The notes below the pieces were generated by a model. The model was not told the DNA's origin, did no database searches, and was given only the letters and a program-made list of their open reading frames with translations. The position numbers and the translations under genes are program-made. From contig DATKBR010000004.1 in NCBI GenBank assembly GCA_035513775.1, positions 469 through 64,468 of the forward strand: a DNA stretch of 64,000 nucleotides. The letters are read 5' to 3'. Source of the DNA: Candidatus Limnocylindria bacterium (GTDB taxonomy: Bacteria; Chloroflexota; Limnocylindria; Limnocylindrales; CSP1-4). Below, piece after piece: positions 62,357 to 64,000 of the stretch (position 1 is its first letter; every line of letters begins with the position of its first letter).

Positions 62357-63859
62357 CTACCCGCCGATGGCGCGCGCGGCCTGGCCGACGATGTCGAGGA
62401 ACGGCCCGGGGATCAGGCCGAGAACGATCGTCAGCGCGCTGGCGACCACGAGCCCGCCCCACATGAGCCGGCCGTGGGCCAGGGGCGCGTCCTCGGAGCG
62501 CGGCTCGCGCATGAACATGTAAACGACGACGCGAAGGTAGTAGAACGCCGCCGCCGCCGCGTTCAGGACCGCGATCACGGCCAGCACGCCGAGCGCCGCC
62601 CAGCCGGCCTCGCTCGCCTGCACGGCGGCCAGGATCACATACGCCTTGGCGAAGAAGCCCGCGGTCGGCGGAATGCCGGTGAGCGACAGCAGGAACAGCG
62701 TCATCAGGATCGCCAGCCACGGCTCGCGCCGGCCAAGCCCGGCGAAGGTGTCCAGCCCGGAGGTGACGCCGGCGCGGCGCTGGATCGCCGCCACCACAGC
62801 GAACGCCCCGAGGTTCATCACCGAGTACGCGGCCCCGTAGTAGAGGAGACCCTCGAGGCCCTCGATGCGACCGGCGGCGAACGCGGCGAGGCCGACCAGC
62901 ATGTAGCCGGTGTGCGCGATCGACGAGTAGGCGAGCATCCGCTTGACGTTGTTCTGCGTCAGCGCGACCAGGTTGCCGAGCGTCATCGTCAGCACGGCCA
63001 GGATGATCACGACCTGGAGCCAGTCGACCCGCAGCGGCCCGAGCGCCTCGACGAACAGGCGCAGGATCAGGGCGAACGCGCCGATCTTCGGGCCGACCGA
63101 CAGGTACCCGGTCACCGGCGTGGGCGAGCCCTGGTACGCATCGGGCGTCCAGTAGTGGAACGGCACGGCGGCGATCTTGAAGGCCACGCCGGTGGTCAGG
63201 AACCCGAGGCCCAGCACGAGCGCCGGCGAGATGGTCCCACCGCCGGCCACCGCGGCCGCGAGGGCGTCGCGGACGCCGGCGATGCTCGTCGTGCCCGTGG
63301 CGCCCCAGGCGAACGCAAGCCCGAACAGGAAGATCGCCGAGCTGAACGAGCCCAGGAGGAAGTACTTGATCGCGCCCTCGGTCGAGTACGCGTCCGTCTT
63401 GTGGTAGCCGGCGAGCATGTAGCCCGGCAGCACCATGAGCTCGAGGGCGACGAACAGGACCAGCAGGTCTGCCGAGCCGGCGATGAGCATCGCGCCGGTC
63501 ATCGCGAACAGCAGCACCATCACGAACTCCGCGAGCGGCAGCCCGCGGGTCTCGAGGTAGTCCGGCGCGAACACGATCGTGAACGCGACGATGCCGACGA
63601 ACAGCAGGTCCAGGAAGGTGGTGAGCCCGTCGACGACGTAGGCGCCACCGAACGCCATCACCCGCAGCGTGCCGTCGCCGCCGGCAACCGCGGACCCGGT
63701 GGTGAGCGTGAGCGCGGCGACGATGGCGAGGCCGCCCAGACTGACGGCCAGGACCGGGCCGCGCCGGCCCGGCGCGACGAGGTCGACGACCAGCACGGCC
63801 AGCGTGACGACGACGGCCGCGACGATCGGGCCGAGCGCGAGGAGGTCGTTGAGCTCCAT
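62357..63859 (-). CDS. nuoN: NADH-quinone oxidoreductase subunit N
   Basis: 500-aa, about 14 TM. LLVLFVALELMVLPGYMLAGY...EGAIKYFLLGSFSSAIFLFG is typical of NuoN. Confidence 0.92.
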   Translation of the reverse strand: MELNDLLALGPIVAAVVVTLAVLVVDLVAPGRRGPVLAVSLGGLAIVAALTLTTGSAVAGGDGTLRVMAFGGAYVVDGLTTFLDLLFVGIVAFTIVFAPDYLETRGLPLAEFVMVLLFAMTGAMLIAGSADLLVLFVALELMVLPGYMLAGYHKTDAYSTEGAIKYFLLGSFSSAIFLFGLAFAWGATGTTSIAGVRDALAAAVAGGGTISPALVLGLGFLTTGVAFKIAAVPFHYWTPDAYQGSPTPVTGYLSVGPKIGAFALILRLFVEALGPLRVDWLQVVIILAVLTMTLGNLVALTQNNVKRMLAYSSIAHTGYMLVGLAAFAAGRIEGLEGLLYYGAAYSVMNLGAFAVVAAIQRRAGVTSGLDTFAGLGRREPWLAILMTLFLLSLTGIPPTAGFFAKAYVILAAVQASEAGWAALGVLAVIAVLNAAAAAFYYLRVVVYMFMREPRSEDAPLAHGRLMWGGLVVASALTIVLGLIPGPFLDIVGQAARAIGG

Positions 63860-64000
63860 CAGGCGGCGCCTTCGGCCTTCTCGACGCCCCGGGCGGCGTC
63901 GTCGGCGTCATCAACAGCGCGGCCGGGACGGAGGGCAAGCAGGCGCGCCGCGATCACCGCGACCACCACCCCGAGCCCGGCGACGACGAACAGCGGGTCG
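63859..64000 (-). CDS. nuoM: C-terminal end of the upstream nuo subunit (probably NuoM); 5' part lies beyond the window
   Basis: The open minus-strand frame ends at a TGA overlapping the nuoN ATG by 1 nt (TGATG). The call rests on operon order only. Confidence 0.5.
   Translation of the reverse strand, partial: DPLFVVAGLGVVVAVIAARLLALRPGRAVDDADDAARGVEKAEGAA

Overview
Very GC-rich chromosomal segment (third codon positions are almost always G/C), Gram-positive or Actinomycetota-like, covering the replication-origin neighbourhood. Most of it is housekeeping. In order: rodA-mrdA-mreD (minus). Then a tight plus-strand string parA-parB-gyrB-thioesterase-gyrA-prs-secA-DUF218-prfB-GNAT-ftsE-ftsX-ctpA-smpB. 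Then a small accessory patch: a secreted Zn-protease with 3 FN3 domains, an orphan NarL-type regulator, a ureA relic, tmRNA, and PPOX/VOC/hypothetical genes. Then jag-yidC-yidD-rnpA-rpmH (minus) | dnaA-[oriC-like spacer]-dnaN-recF-dciA (plus). After dciA come a dead-PP2C/propeller membrane protein-rhomboid-BFN nuclease operon and an envelope glycosylation locus (GT2 Ppm-like synthase, a DUF2723 protein, a GT-C protein and a 1778-aa double GT-C fusion). Next is an ArsR-headed phosphatidylinositol/PIM operon (PIP synthase, ino1, two acyltransferases, a PHP phosphoesterase, pimA), then an ABC-2 exporter, an MFS pump, a sortase-fold protein lacking the catalytic Cys, and nuoN/nuoM. I saw no rRNA, tRNA, CRISPR array, transposase or integrase. 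Items most worth follow-up: (1) the PHP phosphoesterase translationally coupled inside the PI/PIM operon, as a candidate for the PIP phosphatase step; (2) the giant double GT-C protein with a propeller inserted in catalytic loop 1; (3) an 8-Cys small ORF overlapping the prfB start by 1 nt; (4) a self-contained ~140-nt sRNA-like unit carrying a 13-nt complement of the 16S tail; (5) two origin-like strand-switch points (2.8-3.0 kb and 32-34.4 kb), with 21 kb of essential genes head-on relative to the dnaA-dnaN origin; (6) homology-supported N-termini that seem to need AUU/AUC start codons. Most other long ORFs in the six-frame track are high-GC shadow frames.
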